Assembly (NCBI GenBank): GCA_035645095.1
Contig: DASQNG010000017.1
Location: 1-46,510 of the forward strand
Direction: 5' to 3'
Length of the DNA stretch: 46,510 bases
Origin: Gaiellaceae bacterium
GTDB lineage: Bacteria; Actinomycetota; Thermoleophilia; Gaiellales; Gaiellaceae
In this document: positions 1 to 8,953 of the stretch, in pieces
Layout: each line of letters starts with the position of its first letter
Numbering within the stretch: the first letter of the stretch is position 1
The notes under the pieces: generated by a model
What the model saw: only the letters and a program-made list of their open reading frames with translations
Databases searched by the model: none
Told to the model about the DNA's origin: nothing
Made by a program: the position numbers and the translations under genes

Positions 1-39
1 GCAAGCTCGGCTGATCCTCGTTGTTCAAACTCGACCCAC

Positions 40-942
40 GTGCCCGCTAGGATCGACCCGGTGCTGGGCGAGGTCCTGACCGCGATCGTCACGCCGTTCG
101 ACCGCGACGGCGCCGTCGACCTCGACGCCTTCCGGCGCCTCGCACGGCACCTGGTCGACAACGGCTCCGACGGGCTCGTCGTCACCGGCACCACCGGAGA
201 GTCGCCGACGCTCACGGACGACGAGCGCTTCGCGCTCTACGCGGCCGCGGTCGAGGAGGTGGGCGACCGGGCGACCGTCGCCGCGGGCACCGGCACGTAC
301 GACACGCGCCACTCGGTCCATCTCACCGAGCGCGCGCACGAGCTCGGCGTCGACGCGTTCCTCGTCGTGACGCCCTACTACTCGAAGCCGCCGCCGCGCG
401 GGATCGTCGCGCACTTCCGGGCGCTGGCCGAGACGACCGACAAGCCGTTCGTCGTCTACAACATCCCCGCCCGCGTCGTGCTGAACCTCGAGCCCGAGAC
501 GATCGCGGAGCTCGCCGAGATCCCCAACGTGCGGGCCGTGAAGCAGGCGTACGACGATCTCGAGCAGGCACGGCGGATCGTCGAGCTCGGGCTCGACCTC
601 TACGCGGGCGACGACGACCTGATCCTCCCGTTCCTCGAGCTCGGCGCGGTCGGCGGCATCTGCGTCCACACGCACGTCGTCGGCCCGCAGGTGAAGGAGC
701 TCGTGTCGGCCTACGGCGCCGGCGACCACGACCGCGCGCGCGAGCTCGACGCCCAGCTGCGCCCGTCGATCGACCTGCTGCGCGTCGCGACGAACCCGAT
801 CGCCATCAAGGCCGCCCTCGACCTGCTCGGGCACGATGTCGGCGGGCACCGGCTGCCGCTCGTCGCCGCGACGACGGAGGAGCGGCACGAGGTACGCGCC
901 TGCCTGGAGCGGCTCGGCCTGCTGCAGGCCGCTCCCGCCTGA
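40..942 (+). CDS. dapA: 4-hydroxy-tetrahydrodipicolinate synthase
   Basis: 300-aa ORF with a GTG start. It has the DapA/class I aldolase N-terminus (AIVTPF...G.VD) and the GTTGES motif. The frame has strong GC3 bias. Confidence 0.93.
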   Translation: MPARIDPVLGEVLTAIVTPFDRDGAVDLDAFRRLARHLVDNGSDGLVVTGTTGESPTLTDDERFALYAAAVEEVGDRATVAAGTGTYDTRHSVHLTERAHELGVDAFLVVTPYYSKPPPRGIVAHFRALAETTDKPFVVYNIPARVVLNLEPETIAELAEIPNVRAVKQAYDDLEQARRIVELGLDLYAGDDDLILPFLELGAVGGICVHTHVVGPQVKELVSAYGAGDHDRARELDAQLRPSIDLLRVATNPIAIKAALDLLGHDVGGHRLPLVAATTEERHEVRACLERLGLLQAAPA

Positions 943-960
943 GCGCCGTACACTCCTCGC

Positions 961-2604
961 GTGACGCTTCGCATCATCCCGCTCGGCGGCCTCGGCGAGG
1001 TCGGCAAGAACATGTGCGTCTACGAGCACGGCGAGGACGTCATCGTCGTCGACGCGGGCCTCGCGTTCCCGCGCGACGAGCACCTCGGCGTCGACCTCGT
1101 GCTGCCGGACATCTCGTACCTGCGCGAGCGGCGCGTGCGCGCGGTCGTGCTCACGCACGGGCACGAGGACCACGTCGGCGGCCTGCCGTACCTGCTGCGA
1201 CAGGTCGACTGCGACGAGGTGATCGCGACACGCCTGACGCTCGGGCTCGTGAAGTCGAAGCTCGACGAGCACGGGCTCGCCAGCGCGACGACGCTGCGCG
1301 AGACGGAGCCCGGGAAGGTGATCGAGATCGGCGCCTTCCGGCTCGATTTCGTCCGGGTCGCCCACTCGATCCCGGATGCCGTCGCGGTCGTGCTCGACAC
1401 GCCCTCCGGCCGCGTCGTCCACACCGGCGACTGGAAGCTCGATCACACGCCGGTGGACGGCCAGAAGACCGACGTCGGGCGGCTCGCCACGCTCGGGAAC
1501 GAGGGCGTCGACCTCCTCTTCGGCGACTCGACGAATGCCGAGCGCCCCGGGATGACGGGCTCCGAGCGTCTCGTGGGCGAGGCGTTCCAGCAGCTGATCC
1601 CCGTCCGGACGGGCCGCATCCTGATCGCCTCCTTCGCGTCGAACGTGCACCGCCTGCAGCAGGCGATCGACGTCGCGATCCGCAGCAACCGCAAGGTTGC
1701 GATCGTCGGTCGCTCGATGCGGAAGAACCTCAACATCGCGCGCAGCCTGGGCTACATGAACGTCCCCGACGAGGCGCTCGTGAAGCCGCAGGCGGCGATG
1801 GAGCTGCCGCGCGACCGGGTGCTGATCGTGTGCACCGGCAGCCAGGGCGAGCCGATGTCCGCGCTGACGCGGATCGCGTACGGCGACCACCCGACCGTCG
1901 GCGTAGAGCGTGGCGACACCGTCCTGCTCTCTGCTCGTCCGGTGCCGGGGAACGAGCTCCGCGTGCACGACTCGATCAATCGACTCGCGCAGCTCGGGGC
2001 CGAGGTGCTGCACGAGGAGATCGCGCCGGTGCACGTCTCCGGCCACGGCAACTCGGAGGAGTTGCGCACGATGCTCGCGCTCGTGCGCCCGCGCTGCGTG
2101 ATGCCGGCGCATGGCGAGTACCGGATGCTCGCGGCACATGCGCAACTCGCACGCGACGCGGGAGTCCCCGCGCAGAACATCGTCCTCGCCGACAACGGCT
2201 CCGTCGTCGAGCTCGACCACGGGCAGCCGCCGCGCCTCGCCGGCCGCGTCGAGTCCGGCGTGACGTTCGTCGACGGCCTCGGCGTCGGAGACGTGAAGGA
2301 CGTGGCGCTGCGCGACCGGCGGCGTCTCTCCGAGGACGGCGTGCTGATCATCGTGACGACGCTCGGGAGCTCGAACGGCGCCGGTGCGGCTCCGCCGGAG
2401 CTGATCGCGCGCGGCTTCGCCGAGTCGGACGACCTCCTCGACGAGCTGCGCGAGGAGGCGGCGCGCGTGCTCGACGAGCTGGAGCAGGATGAGATCCGGG
2501 AGATCAAGCTACTGCAGGAGCACCTGCACGACGCCGTCGGGCAGATCGTCTACGACCGCACCCGCCGGCGCCCGATGATCCTTCCCGTCGTGATCGAGAT
2601 CTGA
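961..2604 (+). CDS. rnj: Ribonuclease J
   Basis: 547-aa ORF with the metallo-beta-lactamase motif HGHEDHVGG, followed by a beta-CASP and C-terminal domain layout typical of RNase J. TACACT lies 6 nt upstream of the GTG start. Confidence 0.93.
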   Translation: MTLRIIPLGGLGEVGKNMCVYEHGEDVIVVDAGLAFPRDEHLGVDLVLPDISYLRERRVRAVVLTHGHEDHVGGLPYLLRQVDCDEVIATRLTLGLVKSKLDEHGLASATTLRETEPGKVIEIGAFRLDFVRVAHSIPDAVAVVLDTPSGRVVHTGDWKLDHTPVDGQKTDVGRLATLGNEGVDLLFGDSTNAERPGMTGSERLVGEAFQQLIPVRTGRILIASFASNVHRLQQAIDVAIRSNRKVAIVGRSMRKNLNIARSLGYMNVPDEALVKPQAAMELPRDRVLIVCTGSQGEPMSALTRIAYGDHPTVGVERGDTVLLSARPVPGNELRVHDSINRLAQLGAEVLHEEIAPVHVSGHGNSEELRTMLALVRPRCVMPAHGEYRMLAAHAQLARDAGVPAQNIVLADNGSVVELDHGQPPRLAGRVESGVTFVDGLGVGDVKDVALRDRRRLSEDGVLIIVTTLGSSNGAGAAPPELIARGFAESDDLLDELREEAARVLDELEQDEIREIKLLQEHLHDAVGQIVYDRTRRRPMILPVVIEI

Positions 2605-3140
2605 TGGCCGCCTGGCCGGACGTCCTCGCCGGGCACGCCTCGAGCGAGCCGACGGCGAGGCGTCTGATCGCGCAGCTCCACGCCTGCGAGGCGGCCGCCC
2701 TCGCGTTCTGCCGCCTGCTCGAGCGCTGGGGCCGCGGCGACGCCGCGCCTTCGACGGCTGGGGCGCGGGAGGCGGCACTGCGCCATGCGGCCGACCGCGT
2801 CGAGACGGCACTCGCCGGGCTCGAGGCACCGCTCTCGCGTTACCTGCTCGAGCTCGAGGCCGACAGCGCGGAGGGCCGCTCGTGGTACGGCGGCCCGGGC
2901 GCCGGCGAGCTCGTCGAGTGGGAGCCGGTGCTCTCGCGCGCAGGGGTGACCGCCTGCCCGCACCGGGTGGCCGCTGCGTACCTCGAGCTCGCCGTGCTCG
3001 TGCGGGCGCTGCAGGGGCTGACAGACGCTGCGCGCCTCGATGCGGCGCCGGACGCGTCCTCGCTCTGGGCCGGGCTGTTCGATCTGCGCGACACGCTGCT
3101 CGGCGCGACCGTCGACGACCTGCGTGCGATCGCCGCCTAG
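2604..3140 (+). CDS. Hypothetical protein (Ala/Leu-rich, probably helical)
   Basis: 178-aa ORF with GC3 near saturation. Its ATG overlaps the rnj stop (TGATG). I recognise no domain. Confidence 0.55.
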   Translation: MAAWPDVLAGHASSEPTARRLIAQLHACEAAALAFCRLLERWGRGDAAPSTAGAREAALRHAADRVETALAGLEAPLSRYLLELEADSAEGRSWYGGPGAGELVEWEPVLSRAGVTACPHRVAAAYLELAVLVRALQGLTDAARLDAAPDASSLWAGLFDLRDTLLGATVDDLRAIAA

Positions 3141-3154
3141 CCACAGACGGGTAC

Positions 3155-3967
3155 GTGCCGCCTCCACGCATCACCGTCGTCGGCTCCGTCAACCTCGACC
3201 TCGTCGCGCGGGTCGAGCGGCTGCCGCGGCCGGGCGAGACGGTCACGAACGCGCGCCTCGACCGGATCAAGGGCGGCAAGGGCGCGAACCAGGCGGTGGC
3301 GGCGGCACGGCTCGGCGCCGAGGTCACCCTCGTCTGCGCCGTCGGGCGCGACCGCTTCGCGGACGAGGCGCTGCCCGCGGAGGAGCGGCTGACCGTGCAG
3401 GCCGACCGCCTCGACGCGCCCACGGGCGTCGCGCTGATCCTCGTCGACGCCGCCGGCGAGAACCAGATCGTCGTCGCCCCGGGGGCGAACGCACAGCTCG
3501 GCGAGGTGGAGGTGGGGGAGGCCGACGCGGTGCTCTGCCAGCTCGAGGTGCCGGACGAGGCCGTCGTCAGCGCGTGGCACGGCGCGACGGGGCTCTTCTG
3601 TCTCAACGCCGCGCCGGCGCGGGCCGTCGCCGTGGACGCAGACCTCACCGTCGTCAACCGCTACGAGCTCGAGATGCTGACCCGCCGGGACGGGCTCGTC
3701 GCGCTCACGCTGGGCGCCGAAGGCGCCGTGCTGCTCGAGGCCGGGAAGGAGGTCGCCCGGGCGGCGCCGCCGGAGGTCGAGGCGGTCGACGGCACGGCCG
3801 CCGGCGACGCGTTCACGGCGTGCCTACTCGTGTCGCTGCTCGAGGCCCGGCCGCGCGAGGAGGCGCTGCGGCGTGCCTGCGCCGCCGGCGCGCTCGCCGC
3901 TTCCCGCCCGGGCGCGCAGCCGTCGCTCCCCACCGCGGCCGAGGTGGAGGCGGTCCTCGCCGCATGA
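3155..3967 (+). CDS. rbsK: Ribokinase (PfkB family)
   Basis: PfkB motifs are present: ITVVGSVNLD, GGKGANQAVAAARLG and C-terminal AAGDAF. I trimmed the start to the in-frame GTG at 3155, because the upstream part of ORF 2882..3967 overlaps the previous gene and is Arg-rich junk. Confidence 0.85.
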   Translation: MPPPRITVVGSVNLDLVARVERLPRPGETVTNARLDRIKGGKGANQAVAAARLGAEVTLVCAVGRDRFADEALPAEERLTVQADRLDAPTGVALILVDAAGENQIVVAPGANAQLGEVEVGEADAVLCQLEVPDEAVVSAWHGATGLFCLNAAPARAVAVDADLTVVNRYELEMLTRRDGLVALTLGAEGAVLLEAGKEVARAAPPEVEAVDGTAAGDAFTACLLVSLLEARPREEALRRACAAGALAASRPGAQPSLPTAAEVEAVLAA

Positions 3968-4872
3968 GCACGAGGCTCCTCCTCGACTGCGACCCGGGGC
4001 ACGACGACGCGATCGCGCTCCTGCTCGCGCTCGCGAGCCCCGAGGTCGACCTGCTCGGGGTGACGACCGTGCACGGCAACCAGACGGTCGAGAAGACGAC
4101 GGAGAACGCGCTGCGCGTGCTGGAGCTCGTCGGCCGCACCGACGTGCCGGTCGCCCGCGGCGCCGACCGACCGCTCGTCCGCGAGCTCCAGGTCGCCGCG
4201 CACGTCCACGGCGAGAGCGGGCTCGACGGGCCCGAGCTCCCGGCCGCGACCGCGCGCCCGATCGACCAGCACGCGGTGGACTTCCTGCTCGAGCACGTGG
4301 ACGACGACGTCGTGCTCGTGCCGACCGGGCCGCTCACGAACGTCGCGCTCGCGCTCGAGCGCGGGCTCCGTGCGCAACGGATCGTGCTGATGGGCGGCGC
4401 GATCGCCGAGGGCAACATGACGCCGGCCGCCGAGTTCAATATCTGGGCCGATCCGGAGGCCGCGCAGCGGGTGTTCGCGAGCGGCCTCCCGGTGACGATG
4501 ATCGGGCTCGACGTCACGCACCGCGCGCTCCTGACCCCGGAGTGGGCGGAGCGGTTCCGCGCGGCCGGCCGCGTCGGCACCTTCGTCGCGGAGCTCGTCG
4601 AGTTCTTCAAGCGCTACCACGAGCGCACCTACGGCTGGGACGGCGCGCCGATCCACGACGCCGTGGCGCTCGCGCAGGCCTTCCAGCCGGGACTCGTCCG
4701 CACCGAACACGTGAACGTCGAGATCGAGGTGGAGTCGGAGCTCTGCCGCGGCCGCACGGTCGTCGACCGCTGGCGCCGCACGGAGCGCCCCGCGAACGCC
4801 GACGTCGGCGTCGACGTCGACGCCGACGGGTTCTTCGGGCTCCTGCTCGAGCGGATCGCAAGGCTCGGCTGA
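3964..4872 (+). CDS. Inosine/uridine-preferring nucleoside hydrolase
   Basis: N-terminal DCDPGHDDAIAL (DxDxxxDD) signature of IU-nucleoside hydrolases, about 302 aa. The ATG overlaps the rbsK stop (ATGA). Confidence 0.9.
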   Translation: MSTRLLLDCDPGHDDAIALLLALASPEVDLLGVTTVHGNQTVEKTTENALRVLELVGRTDVPVARGADRPLVRELQVAAHVHGESGLDGPELPAATARPIDQHAVDFLLEHVDDDVVLVPTGPLTNVALALERGLRAQRIVLMGGAIAEGNMTPAAEFNIWADPEAAQRVFASGLPVTMIGLDVTHRALLTPEWAERFRAAGRVGTFVAELVEFFKRYHERTYGWDGAPIHDAVALAQAFQPGLVRTEHVNVEIEVESELCRGRTVVDRWRRTERPANADVGVDVDADGFFGLLLERIARLG

Positions 4873-4937
4873 CGGCAGCGGCCGTTTCGCGCGGACGCCG
4901 TAGACTCGCCCGCACGGACGTCAGCGTCTTCGTCGAG

Positions 4938-5390
4938 GTGCCCATGGGGTCGCGCAACAAGTACGAGGTGGACGCCGCGACCGGGCACGTCGTGCTCGAC
5001 CGCCGTCTCTTCACCTCGATGAGCTACCCAGCGGACTACGGCTTCATCGAGCAGACGCTCGGCGAGGACGGGGACCCGCTCGACGCGCTCGTCCTCGTCT
5101 CCGAGCCGACCTTCCCGGGCTGCCGCATCCCCGCGCGGGTCGTCGGCGTCTTCCACATGACCGACGAGAAAGGGCCCGACGAGAAGGTGATCTGCGTGCC
5201 GCTGCACGACCCGACCTGGACCCGCATCTACGACGTGCACGACATACCGTCCGAGTTCCGGAACGAGATCGAGCACTTCTTCCAGGTGTACAAGGACCTG
5301 GAGGCCAAGAAGGTCGAGACGCGCGGCTACGGCAACCGGGCCGAGGCCGGCCGCATCGTCGAGGAGGCCCGCGACCGCTACGTCGCCTGA
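4938..5390 (+). CDS. ppa: Inorganic pyrophosphatase (family I)
   Basis: Contains ...VEVPMGSRNKYEVD...YPADYGFIEQTLGEDGDPLDALVL..., a clear family I PPase. The start is uncertain: the only canonical in-frame starts are GTG 4938 and ATG 4944, and both fall inside or after the conserved first strand (see finding). Confidence 0.85.
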   Translation: MPMGSRNKYEVDAATGHVVLDRRLFTSMSYPADYGFIEQTLGEDGDPLDALVLVSEPTFPGCRIPARVVGVFHMTDEKGPDEKVICVPLHDPTWTRIYDVHDIPSEFRNEIEHFFQVYKDLEAKKVETRGYGNRAEAGRIVEEARDRYVA

Positions 5391-6532
5391 CTGCGGCCGG
5401 TCGGCGCGCGTGTCGTCGGCGCGAGCGCGACGACGAGCAGCATCAACCCGACCAGGGCGCCGAGCGCCACCCGCAGGCTCGTCGCCTCGGCGAGGAAGCC
5501 GATCCCGGGCGGGCCGACGAGGAACGCCGAGTAGCCCACCGTCGAGACCGCCGCGATCCCCGCTCCCGGCGAAGACGCTCTCGCGCCGGCGGCACGGAAC
5601 ACAGTGGGGACGATTGTGGCGAGGCCGGCGCCGAGGCAGGCGAAGCCGACGATGCCGGCGACGGTGCCGCCGACGCCGAGCGCGAGCGCCATGCCGGTGG
5701 TCGCCAGGATCCCGGCCGCCCGGGTCAGCACGACCGACCCCCAGGCGGCGGTGAGGCGGTCGCCGACGAGTCGGCCCAGCGTCATCATGGCCGCAAAGGC
5801 CGCGAACCCTGCAGCGGCCGTGCCCTCGCCCGTACCGACGCTCTCGTGCAGGTAGACGGCGCTCCAATCGGCCGCGGCGCCCTCGGCGAGCAGGCCGGCG
5901 AACGCGAGGGCGGCGAGCCCGAGCAGCGCCGGGGACGGCCGGCCGAGGGAGGGGCCGCCGGGCCGCGCGTCGGCGGCGCGCGGCAGCAGGCCGCGCCGCG
6001 TCCAGGCCGCGATCGCCGCGACGACCGCCGCGACGGCGGCGAACTGCGCGAGCGGCGGAGCCCCGAGCGCAGCCGCACCGCCTCCCGCACCCGCTCCGGC
6101 GAGGCCGCCGAGGCTCCAGGAGGCGTGGAACGACGAGAAGATCGGCCGCGCGTACCGCTCCTCGACCGCGACCGCGTGCGCGTTCATCGCGAGGTCGAGC
6201 GCGGACGTCACGGCACCGAAGACGAGGAACGCCGCCGCGAAGAGGGGCAGCGTCGGCGCCACGGCGAGCAGCGGCAAGCATGCCGCGACCGCCACGAGAG
6301 CCGCTCGGGTGACGAGGCGGCTCCCGACGCGCGCCGCGAGCCACCCTGTGGGCGGCAGCACGAGCACCGCTCCCACGGCGCCGGCGAGCAGCACCAGCCC
6401 GAGCTCCGCCTCGCCGGCTTCGAGCTTCGCCTTCAGTGCCGGGATGCGGGCGACGAAGCTGCCGTACGATGCGCCGCTCGCGAAGAAGACGACGGTGACG
6501 GCGAGCCGGGCTGTGCGCTGCTCGGGCGGCAC
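5378..6532 (-). CDS. MFS transporter
   Basis: A ~12-TM hydrophobic profile typical of MFS (LAVTVVFFASGASYGSF... onward). The start is ambiguous between GTG 6532 (9 aa before TM1), ATG 6586 and GTG 6649. The 3' end overlaps the ppa 3' end by 13 nt (convergent). Confidence 0.8.
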   Translation of the reverse strand: MPPEQRTARLAVTVVFFASGASYGSFVARIPALKAKLEAGEAELGLVLLAGAVGAVLVLPPTGWLAARVGSRLVTRAALVAVAACLPLLAVAPTLPLFAAAFLVFGAVTSALDLAMNAHAVAVEERYARPIFSSFHASWSLGGLAGAGAGGGAAALGAPPLAQFAAVAAVVAAIAAWTRRGLLPRAADARPGGPSLGRPSPALLGLAALAFAGLLAEGAAADWSAVYLHESVGTGEGTAAAGFAAFAAMMTLGRLVGDRLTAAWGSVVLTRAAGILATTGMALALGVGGTVAGIVGFACLGAGLATIVPTVFRAAGARASSPGAGIAAVSTVGYSAFLVGPPGIGFLAEATSLRVALGALVGLMLLVVALAPTTRAPTGRSQAT

Positions 6533-6584
6533 GCGGCGAGTGTGCCTGCGTAGGGGTTCCTGCACGGGCGTCGAACGGCTCCGC

Positions 6585-8786
6585 ATGGCAGCCACGAGGA
6601 AGAAGCGGCCCCTCCGGCCGCGCACGCCCTCGCGCGTGAAGAAGCGCACCCGGAAGAAGAAGGGGCCGAAGGGGCACCACCACCCGGAACTCGCCGGCCT
6701 GGCACTCGCCGCCTTCGGCCTCTTCCTCGGGTCGCTCCTCTACCTCGGCTGGGAGGGGGGCATCGTGGGCGAGAAGATCGAGCGCGGGTTGCACGACGTC
6801 GTTGGCGCCGCCGTCTACGCGATCCCGGTCACCCTCGTCGTCGTGGGCTGCCTCATGCTCTTCCGGAGCGCGCTCGTCGACGTACGACCGTTCCGCACCG
6901 GACTCGGGGTGAGCGCCGTCGCGCTGATGATCGTGCTCGGTTCCGACCACGGCGGCTTCGTCGGCCGGATGCTCGGCGGCGGGCTCGCGAAGCTGCTCGG
7001 CGACACCGGGGCGTCACTCGTCGGCCTCACGCTGCTCCTCGCCGGCGTGCTCCTACTGACTGGTGCGTCCGCCGGCGCGATCCTGCGGCACTCGGGGCAC
7101 CAGCTCCGGCGCGCCGGTGCCGCCGCCCGCCGTCGGACCGCGCGCAGCGAGCGCGACGACGTGCCCGGGTACGGGACGGGCGCTGCGGCACAGCCGGAGC
7201 CGCTCGGGCACGAGCCGCCCGTCGACGTGGTCGAGGACTACCCGGACGTCGTTCTGGACGAGACGCCGCCCGAAGGCGAGCAGGACGGGGAGGAGGACAC
7301 GGCGGAGACGTGGCAGCCGCCGACCTTCGACGTCGACCGGGTTCCGACCGAGTACGTCCTTCCGGACCGGAGCGTCCTCAAGCGCGGCCCGGCGCAGGCG
7401 AGCGGCGCGACGCAGGTGAGCCAGCGGACGGCCGAGACCCTCGTCAACGCGCTCGCCGACTTCGGCGTCGACGCGACGATGGTCGGGCAGATCGCGGGGC
7501 CGCGGGTGACGCGCTACGAGCTCCAGCTCGCGCCGGGGACGAAGGTCTCGAAAGTCGCCGGGCTGAAGGACGACCTCTCCTACGCGCTCGCGACGACCGA
7601 GATCCGCATCCTCGCGCCCATCCCGGGCAAGCAGGCGGTCGGCGTCGAGGTGCCCAACACGACGCCGCGCATCGTCACCCTCGGCGACATCTACGACGAC
7701 CTCCCGGGGAGCGCGAGCCCGCTCGCCGTCTGGCTCGGCAAGGACATCTCCGGCGTCTCGGTGTGGGCCGACCTCGCGCGGATGCCGCACATCCTGATCG
7801 CCGGCACGACGGGGTCCGGCAAGTCGGGCTGCATCAACACGATCCTCACCTCGATCCTGCTCCGGGCGACGCCGGACGACGTGCGGATGATCCTGATCGA
7901 CCCGAAGCGGATCGAGCTCAACTACTACGAGTCGATCCCGCACCTGCTCACGCCGGTCGTCTCGAGCCCGAAGGAGGCGAGCGCCGTCCTCACGAACGTG
8001 GTCGCGGAGATGGAGCGCCGCTACGAGCGCCTCTCGCTCGTGCGCGCGCGCAACCTGCCCGAGGCGAATCGCGCGTTCCGGGCGCGCGGCGAGGACCCGC
8101 TCCCGTACCTCCTCGTCGTGATCGACGAGCTCGCCGACCTGATGATGATCAGCCCGCAGGCCGTCGAGGACGCGATCATCCGGCTCGCGCAAAAGTCCCG
8201 CGCCGTCGGCATCCACCTCGTCCTCGCGACACAGCGGCCGTCCGTCGACGTGATCACGGGGATGATCAAGGCGAACGTCCCGAGCCGGATCGCCTTCGCC
8301 GTCTCCAGCATGACCGACTCGCGGGTGATCCTCGACGGCGCCGGCGCGGAGAGCCTGCTCGGCCAGGGCGACATGCTCTTCAAGCCGCTCGGCACGTCCC
8401 GGCTCCAGCGCGTCCAGGGGGCGTACGTCAGCGAGGAGGAGATCACGCTCGTCGTCGAGCAGTGCCGCCACCAGCGCACCCAGGAGCTCGACGAGACGCT
8501 GCTCGAGCTGCCGGAGTCGCTCGCCGACGAGGAGCTGGACGAGCACGACGGCGAGTTCGACCCCGACGAGGACCCGCTGCTCGACCGCGCGATCGAGATC
8601 GTCGTGCAGACGCAGACGGCATCGGTGAGCCTGATCCAGCGCCGCCTCCGCGTCGGCTACACACGGGCGGGGCGGCTGGTCGACATGCTCGAGCGCCGGG
8701 GGATCATCTCCGGCTACGAGGGCTCGAAGCCGCGTCGCGTGCTCGTCGACGAGGCAGAGCTCGAGCGCTTCGTCAGCGCGTCCTAG
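6585..8786 (+). CDS. ftsK: DNA translocase FtsK
   Basis: Basic N-terminus plus 4 TM helices, an acidic/Pro linker, an ATPase core with Walker A GTTGSGKSG and Walker B LLVVIDELADL, and a C-terminal gamma domain (...SVSLIQRRLRVGYTRAGRLVDMLE...). Confidence 0.93.
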   Translation: MAATRKKRPLRPRTPSRVKKRTRKKKGPKGHHHPELAGLALAAFGLFLGSLLYLGWEGGIVGEKIERGLHDVVGAAVYAIPVTLVVVGCLMLFRSALVDVRPFRTGLGVSAVALMIVLGSDHGGFVGRMLGGGLAKLLGDTGASLVGLTLLLAGVLLLTGASAGAILRHSGHQLRRAGAAARRRTARSERDDVPGYGTGAAAQPEPLGHEPPVDVVEDYPDVVLDETPPEGEQDGEEDTAETWQPPTFDVDRVPTEYVLPDRSVLKRGPAQASGATQVSQRTAETLVNALADFGVDATMVGQIAGPRVTRYELQLAPGTKVSKVAGLKDDLSYALATTEIRILAPIPGKQAVGVEVPNTTPRIVTLGDIYDDLPGSASPLAVWLGKDISGVSVWADLARMPHILIAGTTGSGKSGCINTILTSILLRATPDDVRMILIDPKRIELNYYESIPHLLTPVVSSPKEASAVLTNVVAEMERRYERLSLVRARNLPEANRAFRARGEDPLPYLLVVIDELADLMMISPQAVEDAIIRLAQKSRAVGIHLVLATQRPSVDVITGMIKANVPSRIAFAVSSMTDSRVILDGAGAESLLGQGDMLFKPLGTSRLQRVQGAYVSEEEITLVVEQCRHQRTQELDETLLELPESLADEELDEHDGEFDPDEDPLLDRAIEIVVQTQTASVSLIQRRLRVGYTRAGRLVDMLERRGIISGYEGSKPRRVLVDEAELERFVSAS

Positions 8787-8880
8787 CCGCCGGCGCCTGG
8801 CTCTCGCGGCAGACACGCCCGCTCGGACGTGGTCCGCGGGCGCATCCCCGTCCCGAGTCGCCACTGCCGCAGCAGCAGCT

Positions 8881-8908
8881 TTGCGTTCCCGTCGCGAACC
8901 CTTAGATT
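8881..8908 (+). promoter_or_regulatory. Candidate sigma-70 promoter of the BMP/ABC nucleoside importer operon
   Basis: TTGCGT (8881-8886), a 16-nt spacer, then TAGATT (8903-8908), in the least GC-rich part of the ftsK-bmp spacer. It lies about 45 nt upstream of the GTG, which has a strong AAGGAGGG SD. Confidence 0.4.
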
Positions 8909-8953
8909 GACGGTATTCAAGCGCTATCCAGCGTTTCATCTCAAGGAGGGCTA

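Noticed and set aside
25-2220. 731-aa ORF antisense to dapA and rnj. Similar long antisense or off-frame ORFs include 4629..6950, 7053..8939, 9916..12768, 33145..35622 upstream part, and 44093..45973 upstream part.
   Set aside because: Their translations are low-complexity Arg/Ala/Pro/Gly/Asp strings with no motifs. They overlap genes with unmistakable conserved products. Such stop-free shadow frames are expected at this GC content.
3873-4937. Upstream extension of the ppa reading frame (ORF 3873..5390) as a real long N-terminus.
   Set aside because: It overlaps the nucleoside hydrolase gene out of frame and encodes poly-Arg strings. It is not a plausible PPase extension. The start problem is reported as a finding instead.
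8787-8953. A riboswitch or purine/nucleoside-responsive leader upstream of the BMP/ABC operon.
   Set aside because: I could not match any riboswitch core from memory. With the proposed promoter the leader is only ~45 nt. Only a weak direct repeat AGCGCT/AGCGTT is visible.
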